The position numbers were made by a program, and so were the translations under genes. Of a stretch of 64,000 bases of DNA, positions 1 to 9,815 are shown one piece after another. The notes under the pieces were generated by a model, which had not been told where the DNA came from, ran no database searches, and saw only the letters and a program-made list of their open reading frames with translations. Numbering within the stretch: the stretch's first letter is position 1; the number at the start of each line of letters is the position of its first letter. The DNA is from Spirochaetia bacterium (GTDB lineage Bacteria > Spirochaetota > Spirochaetia > UBA9216), in NCBI GenBank assembly GCA_965140585.1, contig OZ223269.1, positions 32,001 to 96,000 on the forward strand, written 5' to 3'.

Positions 1-2973
1 CTTCGCCGGGAGCTGCCTGCTGGCAGATATAATCTGCTGGTGAAATGCAGCAACAGGGAAGAATCGTCGTCTTTCAATGCCTCATTTTATAAGGCTACCG
101 ACCGCTGGAAGGAACGTTCAGCCCTCTATTCTAAACTTTTTGAAGATGAAAGAATCTTTGATCCTTATTTAAATGAACTCTGTTCCGGCATTGATGACAA
201 TCCGGATTCAGCGGAATTGAGATTCTGGCTTATCTATGCTCTGGAAAAGAAGGGCTGGAACGAACAGGCAGGGGAGGTTTTGTCGGAGATTAAACCGGAA
301 TTTTTCAGTATTCTGCTTGAATGGCAGCAGGCAATGTTTGAAAGAGCTGAGGGGAATTTTGCAGTTTATGAGAAAAAAATGCTTATGCTTGCAGAAGAAA
401 ATAAACTTGCACCGGCAATCGAATATGCCATTTATAATTTTTTCTCCAATGAAAGATACGGGAAGGCCGAGGCTTTTCTGGACCAGCTTAATCCGCAGTA
501 CAGAGACTGGTATTATTATCAGCAGGGCCGGCTCAGGCTTCTTCTCAGCAACAAGGAAACTAAAGCCGCCGCTTCCCTGATAGGGAAAATTACTGAAAAG
601 TTCCCGGGCATAGCTCTGCCATATTATACAATGCTCAGATATGCCGATAACCTTTCAGATGAACAGCTCATAAAGTATATTTCGGGTCTCGGCAGGACAG
701 GCGGTTACCGGTCTGCAGTAGTTTACAATTACAGGGTAAATCGCAGCCGCGATAATTTTGCACTCGCAAAGAAATATATAACAGAATATCTGGAACATTA
801 TCCGATTAATGAATCCTGGTGGGTTGATTACATCAATCTTCTTTTTGACGAAGGAAATGCCAAATTAAGTGATATAAGAACAATAACTACAGAGATAGCA
901 GGGACATTCCCCATGTCTTATGAGATTATGTCAAAGGAAAAAAGCCAGTCCAGGTATGTTTACCGCCAGCTTGATGCTGTTAAGTCGGAAAATAATACCG
1001 GTTTAAGCAGCGAATTCAGATCCATGTATTACAAGGAGAAAGCCGCCTACAGTGATGCTCTTGGTAAATTGGTGAAATACTATCCGCAGGATATGGATAC
1101 CCGGGATGAATTAAGAGAGCTGAACGGAGAGAGCCTTTTCGGAAAGGAACTGAAGGTTTCTGACAGTTATTCTGTTGTTGATGATTACCGGAAGTCCGGC
1201 TTTTTCTTTGAAGATGCTGATGCTGTGGTTGTTTTTGACGACAGGACTGAAGTTTCTTTCGGCGACGGGGCTTCATTCACCATGCAGCACTTCATTTTAA
1301 AGATATTAAGTGCCAGGGGGGTAGAAGATAACCGTTATCAGTACCTCGAGTTTAATCCGGCATACGGGAACGGCGATATAGATGAAGCTTTTATTCTCAA
1401 AGACGACGGTACAAAGATCTATGCTCAGAGATCCGGCAGGAAACTTGCATTCCCCGGTCTGAGCCCCGGAGATTTTATCGTCATGAAATACAGAATAAAC
1501 AGCTATATGTCAGGGCAGATAAATAATGAACTGTGGTCATCTGTATATTTGAAAAATTTTTATCCGGTATACCGGATGAAGTTTCAGCTGATATATCCGG
1601 AAGATACGGAGCTTTCATATAATTACAATAATGTTGCTGAAGATGAAGTTGAGAAGGTAACAGATAATTTTATTGAAGGATATAAAAGAACAGTTTTTAC
1701 TGTCAGTCAGGCAAAAGCAATTAAGGTTGATGCCATGTCGCCACCTCTGCGTGATATTGCTCCATGGGTTGATATATCTTCCATATCTGAGTGGACAGAT
1801 ATTGTTGACTGGTACAAATCACTTTACCTTGGTCAGACAGAGTCGGACAGCAGAATTGAAGAGAAAGTAAAAGACTTATGCTCAGGCCTTGAAAAAACAG
1901 ATGATATAATCGCTGCAATATTTAATTACGTTTCTGCGAAAATTGAATATGAGGACCTTTCGTTTCAGTACAGCAATTTTGTTCCTCAGACTGCTGAATC
2001 AATATTCAGAGAAGGTTACGGTGACTGTAAGGATCAGAGTGTACTTCTGGTATCAATGCTGAAAGCAGCAGGTATTGATTCATATCTGGTTCTAAGTACT
2101 CCCGGCTACTACGGAGAACATCCTTATCTGCCGTCTCCCAGATTTACGCATGCAATTGTAGCAGTACCGTTTGGCGACAGGGTGGAGTTTCTGGATCCTA
2201 CAGGAACCAACTATACATACAGAGAAATGCCGGAGATGCTTTATAATACATGGGTTCTTCCCATTACTGAAGGCGGTCATCTGGTAAAAATTAATGAAGC
2301 AGATGATTCAGAAAGAACATATACCTTAATTGAGATGTCAGGTATTACAGGAAATACCGAGATTAAAGGAACGGCTGTATATCAGGGCCGCTCAGCCGGA
2401 AATCTCAGGGCTGCATTTAACTGGCGGAACAGAGAGCAGCAGAAAGAATATTATTCCGCCGCATTGAATACATGGATGCCCGGGATGCTGCTCAAAGATT
2501 TCAATACTCAAAATATCGGAGATCTGCTCTTTGATCCGATAATCTCATTTACCGGAACAGTTCCTCCTGTTCTTAAATCAGCAGGTGATGAGCTGTTCTG
2601 CATCTCTCCTGCATGGGAGGATATTATTGACTTGCGTGTCAGATCCTGGCTTGGTGTAAATAAAAGTACCAATGGAATTTCAATTACCGGGTCTCCATTA
2701 TCATCACCTCAGGTACAGACTTCTATAATTGATATTCCTGATGATTTTATATTAAGCAGCCTCCCTGAAAGCGCTGATTATAATTATGGTGAAAGTTACA
2801 TGAAATACAGCTACTCTTTTGAGTCTAAAAAACTGATTTGTACCAGAGAAGTGTATATACCAGATCAGTTTATTCCTGAGTCGGAAATGAATGCCTTCCG
2901 GGAGTTCCTTAAGCGCGGGATTATTAAGGATTCGGAACAGGTGTATCTGGGAATGGATACCCAAATACAATAA
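1..2973 (+). CDS. TPR + DUF3857 + transglutaminase-like protein (5'-partial; frame is open from base 1)
   Basis: Frame has no stop from position 1 (LRRELPAGRYNLLVKC...). Helical TPR-like N-terminus, a DUF3857-like region, and transglutaminase triad motifs GDCKD, FTHAI and LDPT. Confidence 0.8.
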   Translation, partial: LRRELPAGRYNLLVKCSNREESSSFNASFYKATDRWKERSALYSKLFEDERIFDPYLNELCSGIDDNPDSAELRFWLIYALEKKGWNEQAGEVLSEIKPEFFSILLEWQQAMFERAEGNFAVYEKKMLMLAEENKLAPAIEYAIYNFFSNERYGKAEAFLDQLNPQYRDWYYYQQGRLRLLLSNKETKAAASLIGKITEKFPGIALPYYTMLRYADNLSDEQLIKYISGLGRTGGYRSAVVYNYRVNRSRDNFALAKKYITEYLEHYPINESWWVDYINLLFDEGNAKLSDIRTITTEIAGTFPMSYEIMSKEKSQSRYVYRQLDAVKSENNTGLSSEFRSMYYKEKAAYSDALGKLVKYYPQDMDTRDELRELNGESLFGKELKVSDSYSVVDDYRKSGFFFEDADAVVVFDDRTEVSFGDGASFTMQHFILKILSARGVEDNRYQYLEFNPAYGNGDIDEAFILKDDGTKIYAQRSGRKLAFPGLSPGDFIVMKYRINSYMSGQINNELWSSVYLKNFYPVYRMKFQLIYPEDTELSYNYNNVAEDEVEKVTDNFIEGYKRTVFTVSQAKAIKVDAMSPPLRDIAPWVDISSISEWTDIVDWYKSLYLGQTESDSRIEEKVKDLCSGLEKTDDIIAAIFNYVSAKIEYEDLSFQYSNFVPQTAESIFREGYGDCKDQSVLLVSMLKAAGIDSYLVLSTPGYYGEHPYLPSPRFTHAIVAVPFGDRVEFLDPTGTNYTYREMPEMLYNTWVLPITEGGHLVKINEADDSERTYTLIEMSGITGNTEIKGTAVYQGRSAGNLRAAFNWRNREQQKEYYSAALNTWMPGMLLKDFNTQNIGDLLFDPIISFTGTVPPVLKSAGDELFCISPAWEDIIDLRVRSWLGVNKSTNGISITGSPLSSPQVQTSIIDIPDDFILSSLPESADYNYGESYMKYSYSFESKKLICTREVYIPDQFIPESEMNAFREFLKRGIIKDSEQVYLGMDTQIQ

Positions 2974-3000
2974 TGACGGCATTTTCTATAAATATGTAAG

Positions 3001-3029
3001 TTGCAATATATAACAACTTTCTCTATAAT
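3001..3029 (+). promoter_or_regulatory. sigma70-type promoter
   Basis: TTGCAA(3001-3006)-17 nt-TATAAT(3024-3029). Confidence 0.75.
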
Positions 3030-3035
3030 CTGTAC

Positions 3036-3146
3036 TGCGATTTACCATTTGGCCGGACGGTTCACCGGCTAAAAACAAATACAGCCTGTCAGGTTGTATT
3101 CCATTCCTTAATAGGCTGCCGTGATTCAGCGGCCAGCCTCTTTTTT
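3036..3146 (+). ncRNA. candidate structured sRNA or cis-regulatory leader RNA
   Basis: Lies between a consensus promoter and an intrinsic terminator. Hairpins at 3048-3073 and 3078-3100. No ATG-initiated ORF. Confidence 0.5.
3113..3146 (+). terminator. intrinsic terminator
   Basis: AGGCTGCCG...CGGCCAGCCT stem followed by CTTTTTT. Confidence 0.7.
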
Positions 3147-3203
3147 CACCGAAAATATTTTGAAATCTGCGGTTTTATTATTACACTCATCTTAGGGGGA
3201 TTT

Positions 3204-3368
3204 ATGACAGAACTCAAACGAAAGATGTGTAAATATTCAAAGGAAGATTTCAAAGAAAACAAAGAGCTGTTTGTTGAGAACGCTTTAAATGCAAAATTCA
3301 TCTGCAAACAGTGCCTCCGGACGGCCGCCGAAAAAGACCTGCTCTGTGACCCGAAAAAATTAAAATGA
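3204..3368 (+). CDS. small 54-aa Cys-containing protein (absent from ORF track)
   Basis: AGGGGGA SD upstream. Translates to MTELKRKMCKYSKEDFKENKELFVENALNAKFICKQCLRTAAEKDLLCDPKKLK. Its stop overlaps the SD of the next gene. Confidence 0.75.
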   Translation: MTELKRKMCKYSKEDFKENKELFVENALNAKFICKQCLRTAAEKDLLCDPKKLK

Positions 3369-3376
3369 GGTAATTA

Positions 3377-4962
3377 ATGACAACAGCAGAACTTCTTGTT
3401 AAATGTCTTGAACAGGAGGATGTGGAGTATATTTTCGGTGTTCCGGGTGAGGAGAACATTGATATTATCCACGCACTTACCCAGTCTCCGATTCGGTTTA
3501 TAACCACCAGACACGAGCAGGGTGCGGCCTTTATGGCAGATGTCTACGGCAGGCTGACCGGAAATCCCGGCGTATGTCTTTCAACCCTCGGTCCCGGAGC
3601 TACAAACCTGATGACAGGAGTTGCAGATGCCAACCTGGATGGAGCCCCTCTGATAGCAATTACAGCGCAGGTGGGGACCGACAAAATGCATATCACCTGG
3701 CATCAATATCTAGATCTTGTGAATATGTTCCAGCCTGTGACCAAATGGAGCAAGCAGATAGTCCGCCCCGATATTACACCTGAGGTGGTAAGAAAGGCCT
3801 TTAAGCTTGCATCCCGGGAAAAACCGGGGGCTGTACATATTAATCTGCCCAATAATATCGGTGCAATGACTACCGAGGCGGAACCTATCCGGAAAACATT
3901 GACCGATGAGAAGAGTTTTGCCGCATACGGAAGCGTTGAAAAGGCGGCGGTTGCCATTTCAAGAGCAGCCAATCCGGTAATTCTTGCAGGGAATGAAGTA
4001 ATCCGTTGTAATGCTGCCGGGGCTGTATTGAGGATGGCTGAAAGCCTGCAGATTCCGGTAGTAAATACCTTCATGGGGAAAGGGATAATTCCTTTCACAA
4101 GCAGGTATTCGATGTTCAGTGTCGGTCTTAATCACCGGATGGCAATTGATAAACTTTTTGACAGTTCCGATCTTGTAATCTGTATCGGTTATGATTTCAT
4201 TGAGTACGCACCAAAAATGTGGAATTCAGAGAGAAATATTGATGTAATACATATAGGCTCTCATGAGGCTGAGGTGAACAAGTACTACCAGCCGATTGTA
4301 AATATTATCGGAGACATATCTGATTCCATAACCGAGATCATAAGGCGATCTGTACGTACCGAAAAACCTGAGGCTGCCTACCAGTTGAAGGATGAGCTGC
4401 TTGAAGAATATCATTCGGCAGCGGTGATAGACTCATTTCCCATGGATCCGAGGCGAATTTTATATGATGTGCGGGCAGTTCTCGGGGAGGACGATATCTT
4501 GATTTCTGATGTCGGAGCCCATAAATGTCAATTGCACGGTATTATCACTGCTACCGACCCAATACCTGCATCATTTCAAACGGATTCGCGGCAATGGGAA
4601 TAGCTGTTCCAGGCGCGTTCGCTGCAAAAATTGTATATCCTGATAGAAAAATACTTGCAGTAACAGGAGACGGAGGCTTCATGATGAATGCCCAGGAACT
4701 TGAAACAGCAAAAAGAGAGGAAATAAATTTTGTCACTTTAATTTTCAGAGATAACGAGTACGGGTTAATCTCAATGAAGCAGAAAGAGAAGTTCGGAACA
4801 GCCGAAATGACCGGCTTTTCTAACCCTGACTTCCGGATGATGGCTGAAAGTATGGGGCTGAAAGGCTATTCAATCACATCGGCAGCCGATTTGAAACCGG
4901 TCCTTGAGGAAGCATTTTCTCTTTCTGTCCCAGCAGTAATCGACTGTCCGGTTGTCTACTGA
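3377..4962 (+). pseudogene. ilvB: acetolactate synthase large subunit, split by a 1-nt frameshift near 4523-4525 (pseudogene or sequence error)
   Basis: ORF 3377-4603 has FGVPGEEN, RHEQGAAFMAD and TLGPGATN. ORF 4525-4962 has the TPP motif GDGGF...N. Adding one A gives VGAHKMSIARYY. Confidence 0.85.
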
Positions 4963-5405
4963 TTCTCCATAAGAAAATAGCTGCCCTCGGTAAGACTGCC
5001 GAGGGTGGATATAAGCGCCACTATTTTCCGGCTTACGGCTGCTGCATTTTCTCTCTCTGTTATTCCCTTTTCAACGAGGTAGTCGGCCGTCTGATCCATT
5101 ATCCTCCTGGAAAAACCTTCGGCTGATTCTTCAGTCATACCAATCACGTGGACATTCGCGGAGATAGTGTCACCGATCGTATATTCATTTGAAGAAAACA
5201 TGAACATGATATCAGTTTCATCATTCAACTTGTAAACCGAATACTTCATAAACGGAATTGGTATCTCAAGCTCAACTTCCGCACGTATCCAGGTGTCGGT
5301 TCCGGCATAAATCTCCGGTTTTGATTTTATATTCTCGAATGTGGTTGTACAGCCGGCCATCAGCATAAGAGCTGCTGCCAGGATAACTATTCGCTGTTTA
5401 CTCAT
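4956..5405 (-). CDS. hypothetical lipoprotein (possible OB-fold)
   Basis: AAGGAG SD before MSKQRIV; lipobox LMAGC. Confidence 0.7.
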   Translation of the reverse strand: MSKQRIVILAAALMLMAGCTTTFENIKSKPEIYAGTDTWIRAEVELEIPIPFMKYSVYKLNDETDIMFMFSSNEYTIGDTISANVHVIGMTEESAEGFSRRIMDQTADYLVEKGITERENAAAVSRKIVALISTLGSLTEGSYFLMENQ

Positions 5406-5546
5406 ATTAATCTCCTTTTTAAAATATATTGTATCGTAAAACCAGAATAAGTTCCTGTGCATATAGAGAATTTCTTATCAATATTAATTTGACTATATGA
5501 AATTAATGCCTGATAATATTACTAATCATTAGCAAAGGAGAAAACA

Positions 5547-6119
5547 TTGCGTAAACTCATTTTAGTTCTTGTAATTATTGCAGTATCAGCTGCAGGTGCA
5601 TTCGCACAGGATCTTAAGATTGATTTCAAGGTTGATGTTACAGGCAAAACAAGAGTAAGCTATTTTACCTTCACAGGTCCTATCCGCTACATGGCTGCAG
5701 AGCAGGATCATTACGATGGTGCAACTTCAGCATCTCTTAAGGGTTCAACTCATCTATTTCAGCCGTACCGAAACGATGTTGAAGGAAAAAAAGTAATGCC
5801 TGACGGACTTAGAGGTCTGTTTCTTTTCGGTGTTGCAGGCGGCGAGCAGGCAAAGGGTGACGGTCTCAAGGCCTCAAAAGCATCCAATGGTGTTATAACA
5901 ATTGAATATTCACACCGCGGATCAGAATACAAGATTGTTACAGACAGAAACGGAAATATCAGTCTTACTAACGGTACCTTCATCAAGATGACAGACGGAA
6001 AAGATGTAGGCGATATGCCCGATCCCAACGCTATGTTCTACTGGAAAGGCAGCCTTAAGGCAGCTCTTAACGGTGATATTCTTACAATCAACGGTGAACT
6101 TGACGCAGTAAAAAAATAA
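5547..6119 (+). CDS. secreted hypothetical protein
   Basis: AAGGAG SD, TTG start, signal peptide ending AFA-Q; beta-rich mature part. Confidence 0.75.
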   Translation: MRKLILVLVIIAVSAAGAFAQDLKIDFKVDVTGKTRVSYFTFTGPIRYMAAEQDHYDGATSASLKGSTHLFQPYRNDVEGKKVMPDGLRGLFLFGVAGGEQAKGDGLKASKASNGVITIEYSHRGSEYKIVTDRNGNISLTNGTFIKMTDGKDVGDMPDPNAMFYWKGSLKAALNGDILTINGELDAVKK

Positions 6120-6145
6120 ATTAGTTTCAGAGACCGGATTAGCGC

Positions 6146-7165
6146 TTATTCAACGCAGATCCGGTCTATTTTTTTAAGTTCATCTTCAGTGAAGGGGCTG
6201 AATTGTGCAGCCGAAATGTTCTCGGTAATCTGCTTCGGAGAACTTGCTCCAATCAGCACAGATGCTACCTGAGCTTTGTTCAGCAGCCATGAAACAGACA
6301 GCTGTGCAAGAGTCTGACCGCGCTCCTGCGCAATCTTGTTAAGTTCCTTTGCTTTCCGTATCTTAATGGCCGTTTCACTGTTTTCATCCAGATATGAACT
6401 CTCATCTGCTAGCCTCGAGCCCTCCGGTATACCTTCAAGATATCGTCCGGCAAGTATTCCCTGTTCAAGCGGACTGAACGGCATAAGACCGTAACCGTTT
6501 CTATCCGGGCTGTCCGCAAGCGCTTCGGCCCTTCGATCGAACATTGAAAAGCGTATCTGATTAACCAGAAGCTGAATCCCCTGCGATTTCAGAAGCCCTG
6601 CTGCCTCATCGGCAGAAGCGGCGTCGTAGCGGTTTGATATTCCGGCATACAGAGCCTTTCCCTGTCTCACAAGCTGGGCCAGTGCCTCAGCAGTTTCTTC
6701 AACCGGGGTCTGAGGGTCTGGGCAGTGGTGGTAGAAAATATCAAAGTATTCCATTCCTGTGCGCTTCAGACTCTGCTCGCAGCTTGCAATGATGTACTTT
6801 TTTGAACCGCCGCTGCCGTAGGGCCCGTCCCACATATCAAAGCCCGCCTTGGAGGAAATTATCAGTTCATCCCTGAAGGGCAGAAAATCATTTTTAAACA
6901 TTTTACCGAAATTTTCTTCGGCAGAACCGTACGGCGGTCCGTAGTTATTGGCAAGGTCAAAATGGGTTATCCCGCAGTCAAATGCCTTTCTAAGTGTCTG
7001 CCTTGATTTATGAAGATCTGCGCTGTCGCCGAAATTATGCCATAAGCCTAACGACAGTGCCGGAAGTTTCAGCCCGCTTCGGCCGCAGTTTTGATAAATA
7101 TTCTTTGAATAACGTTCTTCAGACGGCTGGTAGGGGAGTATTCTTTTGTGATCATTTGTAATCAT
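6146..7165 (-). CDS. aldo/keto reductase, L-glyceraldehyde-3-phosphate reductase (YghZ/Gpr-like)
   Basis: SLGLWHNFG, THFDLANNYGPPYGSAEENFG, DIFYHH motifs. Confidence 0.9.
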   Translation of the reverse strand: MITNDHKRILPYQPSEERYSKNIYQNCGRSGLKLPALSLGLWHNFGDSADLHKSRQTLRKAFDCGITHFDLANNYGPPYGSAEENFGKMFKNDFLPFRDELIISSKAGFDMWDGPYGSGGSKKYIIASCEQSLKRTGMEYFDIFYHHCPDPQTPVEETAEALAQLVRQGKALYAGISNRYDAASADEAAGLLKSQGIQLLVNQIRFSMFDRRAEALADSPDRNGYGLMPFSPLEQGILAGRYLEGIPEGSRLADESSYLDENSETAIKIRKAKELNKIAQERGQTLAQLSVSWLLNKAQVASVLIGASSPKQITENISAAQFSPFTEDELKKIDRICVE

Positions 7166-7171
7166 TCTTAA

Positions 7172-7206
7172 ATGATAGTGACAAGTTCCGCTGCAGTCAA
7201 TAAAAT
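7172..7206. promoter_or_regulatory. overlapping divergent sigma70 promoters for the AKR gene and ybaK
   Basis: Plus strand: GTGACA(7178)-17-TAAAAT(7201). Minus strand: TTGACT(7200)-17-TATCAT(7177). Confidence 0.65.
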
Positions 7207-7213
7207 ACCGTTT

Positions 7214-7681
7214 ATGGGAAAGACAAACGCGGTCAGAATACTAGAATCTCTGAAAATCGGTTTTGATATTTTTGAATATGAGGTTGATGATTCTGATCTC
7301 AGCGCCCAGTCTGTTGCGGCTAAACTCGGGCAGGATATTGAAGCCGTGTTTAAAACCCTTGTTCTGCGGAGCGACAGGGGGGAAGTTTTTGTATGTGTAA
7401 TTCCCGGAAACAGCGAACTGGATTTGAAAAAGGCTGCAAAAGCATCCGGTTCAAAAAAATGTGATCTTGTTCCGATGAAAGAAATACTTGCGCTCACAGG
7501 TTATATCCGCGGAGGCTGTTCACCGGTTGGGATGAAAAAAAATTATCCAGTATATATAGATGAAACATGCATTCTGCATGAACGCATATACGTCAGCGCC
7601 GGGGTTCGCGGCATGCAGGTCCATCTATCACCCGGTGATCTTGTTGAGACTGTGTCCGCAGAAATATCAGATCTTGTGTGA
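7214..7681 (+). CDS. ybaK: Cys-tRNA(Pro) deacylase
   Basis: MGKTNAVR start, VFKTLV, TGYIRGGCSP, SAGVRG. Confidence 0.9.
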   Translation: MGKTNAVRILESLKIGFDIFEYEVDDSDLSAQSVAAKLGQDIEAVFKTLVLRSDRGEVFVCVIPGNSELDLKKAAKASGSKKCDLVPMKEILALTGYIRGGCSPVGMKKNYPVYIDETCILHERIYVSAGVRGMQVHLSPGDLVETVSAEISDLV

Positions 7682-7711
7682 ATTTTCACTAAACGATGGT
7701 ATGCTGTAATT

Positions 7712-9721
7712 ATGAAAAAGCATACTTCATATATTATTTTTGTAATTCTTGTAATATTTTCAACTCCATTTAATATTTCTGCGGCAGGAACTCTGGATGC
7801 TGCTTCAGTACCGTCTGATGTCCTTGCTGAGGAAATTTCTCTTCCTGTGACATCGGTAAATCTGTACTCATCCGGACTTGCACAGATAGTCCAGACTGGA
7901 AGGATCAGCGGTGATGCTGTCATTAATCTTGATGTGAGTCCTGATGATATAAACGATATCCTTAAAAGTCTGGTTGCCGAGGATCTCGGCGGCGGTTATG
8001 TAGATGTTATCAGTTTCGACAGCAGCGAACCTCTGTACGCCGCCCTCCAGGACCTTCGTATTAACCCATCAGGGGCTGATTCTTTATTTATATTTCTTTC
8101 AAAACTTCAGGGTGAGGAAATCTCGGTGATTACTGCGTCAGGGTTGTTCAGCGGCAGAATATTCAGTGTTGAGGACGGCTATGAAGGCGGTCCGGACTCC
8201 GCTGTACTTAATCTGATGACATCCTCAGGCCTGAAACCTGTTTCGCTTAGCGGGCTTCGAAGAATCAGCTTTGCAGATGATACGCTGCAGCAGGAGCTGG
8301 AATCAGCGCTTGAGCTTATATCAGGTTCAAGGGTTCGTACACGCAGAAATGTCAGTCTTTCCTTCAGGGGCACCGGCGATAGAGATGTACGTATAAGCTA
8401 TATAAGAAAAGTCCCCCTCTGGAAAACCAGCTACCGTCTCAGGCTTGACGATGAGGGCAGTACCCTGCTTGAAGGCTGGGCAATCGTACAGAATACCGGC
8501 ACTTCAGACTGGAAGGATATAAAGCTGACTTTTACGGCCGGAAGTCCCAACGCCTTTATCATGGACCTTGCGACACCTGTCTATGTAGACCGTCAGACAA
8601 TAAGCAGCAGACCTGATGCTCCCGTAGCAGCCGTTGAATATGACCGTGCTTACGGTGCTCCTTCGTCTGCCAAAAGTTATGCCGAGGCTCCGATGCGCAG
8701 TATGGCAACTGATAATCTCTACGATTATGTTGAAGATGAAGCCTATCTGCCTGCCCCGGCTCCCGCAGTTGTACAGGCAAGCGGTGAGCGAAGCGGAAAC
8801 TTCTACCGATATGAAGTGAGCAAGCCGGTGACCGTGAAGGCCGGAACCTCAGCAATGGTACCGGTAATTGTCGACACTGACGCCGGATTTCCTGTCGGAG
8901 TATATGATCCGGCCTACGAACTGGTATTCAAAGGCGTAATGCTTGAGAATGATACCCGGGCACACTGGTCTTACGGTCCGGCAACAGTACTGGAAGGCCG
9001 TGCCTATGCAGGAGATACTATCGTTCCTGATATCATTCCTGATGCTGACCAGCTTGTTACATATGCGGTACACGGCACCTCGGAGGTTATAAAAAGCGAA
9101 GGCTCTATTTCACAGCGGATTTCGGCTATGAAGATTGTTGACGGTATTCTGTACCGCTCTGATATCCGTAGAAAAAGCACTGAATACCGGATAAGCGGGA
9201 ACGAAGAGAAGCTGATCATTATTCATCCGAAAGCCTACGGCTGGAAAATAGTGGAAGGTCCTGAAGTCTTCGAAGAAAACAGCAGTGAGTACCGCTTTAT
9301 TGTGGGTACCGGGAACGAAAAGGTAGTCGTGACAGAAGAATACCCGGTTACTTATCAGTATGGATTGGAAAACAGCGGGCTCTCTGATATTTCAGTCTGG
9401 ATTGAATGGAAGGAAATGTCAGCCTCCATGAAATCTGCTCTTCAGCGCATAGCCGAACTTAAAAAAGATATTGAGCGAATCCGCTCGGAAGCTTCCATCA
9501 ACTCTTCCTCTCTGAGCAGGATCGAGAGAGATCAAAACAGGGTTAGAGAGAACATGAAGGTTCTGGACAAGGATTCAGATTTATATATACGTTATTCAGG
9601 ACAGCTTGAAAAGCAGGAGACCGACATTCAGCAGCTGAACACTAGGGCGGAAGCTCTTGCAGAAGAGCTCCTGCAGGCTCAGAACAGGCTTAAGGAGTAT
9701 ATAGGTTCGCTTAAAATTTAA
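7712..9721 (+). CDS. DUF4139-family secreted protein with C-terminal coiled coil
   Basis: Signal peptide, V.LYSSG, DILKSL, PLWKTSYRL, GWAIVQN..DW motifs. Confidence 0.75.
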   Translation: MKKHTSYIIFVILVIFSTPFNISAAGTLDAASVPSDVLAEEISLPVTSVNLYSSGLAQIVQTGRISGDAVINLDVSPDDINDILKSLVAEDLGGGYVDVISFDSSEPLYAALQDLRINPSGADSLFIFLSKLQGEEISVITASGLFSGRIFSVEDGYEGGPDSAVLNLMTSSGLKPVSLSGLRRISFADDTLQQELESALELISGSRVRTRRNVSLSFRGTGDRDVRISYIRKVPLWKTSYRLRLDDEGSTLLEGWAIVQNTGTSDWKDIKLTFTAGSPNAFIMDLATPVYVDRQTISSRPDAPVAAVEYDRAYGAPSSAKSYAEAPMRSMATDNLYDYVEDEAYLPAPAPAVVQASGERSGNFYRYEVSKPVTVKAGTSAMVPVIVDTDAGFPVGVYDPAYELVFKGVMLENDTRAHWSYGPATVLEGRAYAGDTIVPDIIPDADQLVTYAVHGTSEVIKSEGSISQRISAMKIVDGILYRSDIRRKSTEYRISGNEEKLIIIHPKAYGWKIVEGPEVFEENSSEYRFIVGTGNEKVVVTEEYPVTYQYGLENSGLSDISVWIEWKEMSASMKSALQRIAELKKDIERIRSEASINSSSLSRIERDQNRVRENMKVLDKDSDLYIRYSGQLEKQETDIQQLNTRAEALAEELLQAQNRLKEYIGSLKI

Positions 9722-9815
9722 ACAGTATAAAGGCTTTGTAAATAGTACCGGTAACGGCTGAGAAAACTGAAACTCTGTAATATATATTTTTTATAATAAA
9801 TTAATGGAGTTTTTA

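Noticed and set aside
3121-3129. GTGATTCAG resembling half of the regulon operator
   Set aside because: It lacks the TGAGAG half and sits in a terminator loop far from the cluster; likely chance.
3036-3146. T-box, ilv leader-peptide attenuator or SRP RNA
   Set aside because: No T-box consensus, no BCAA-rich leader ORF and no SRP domain IV motif.
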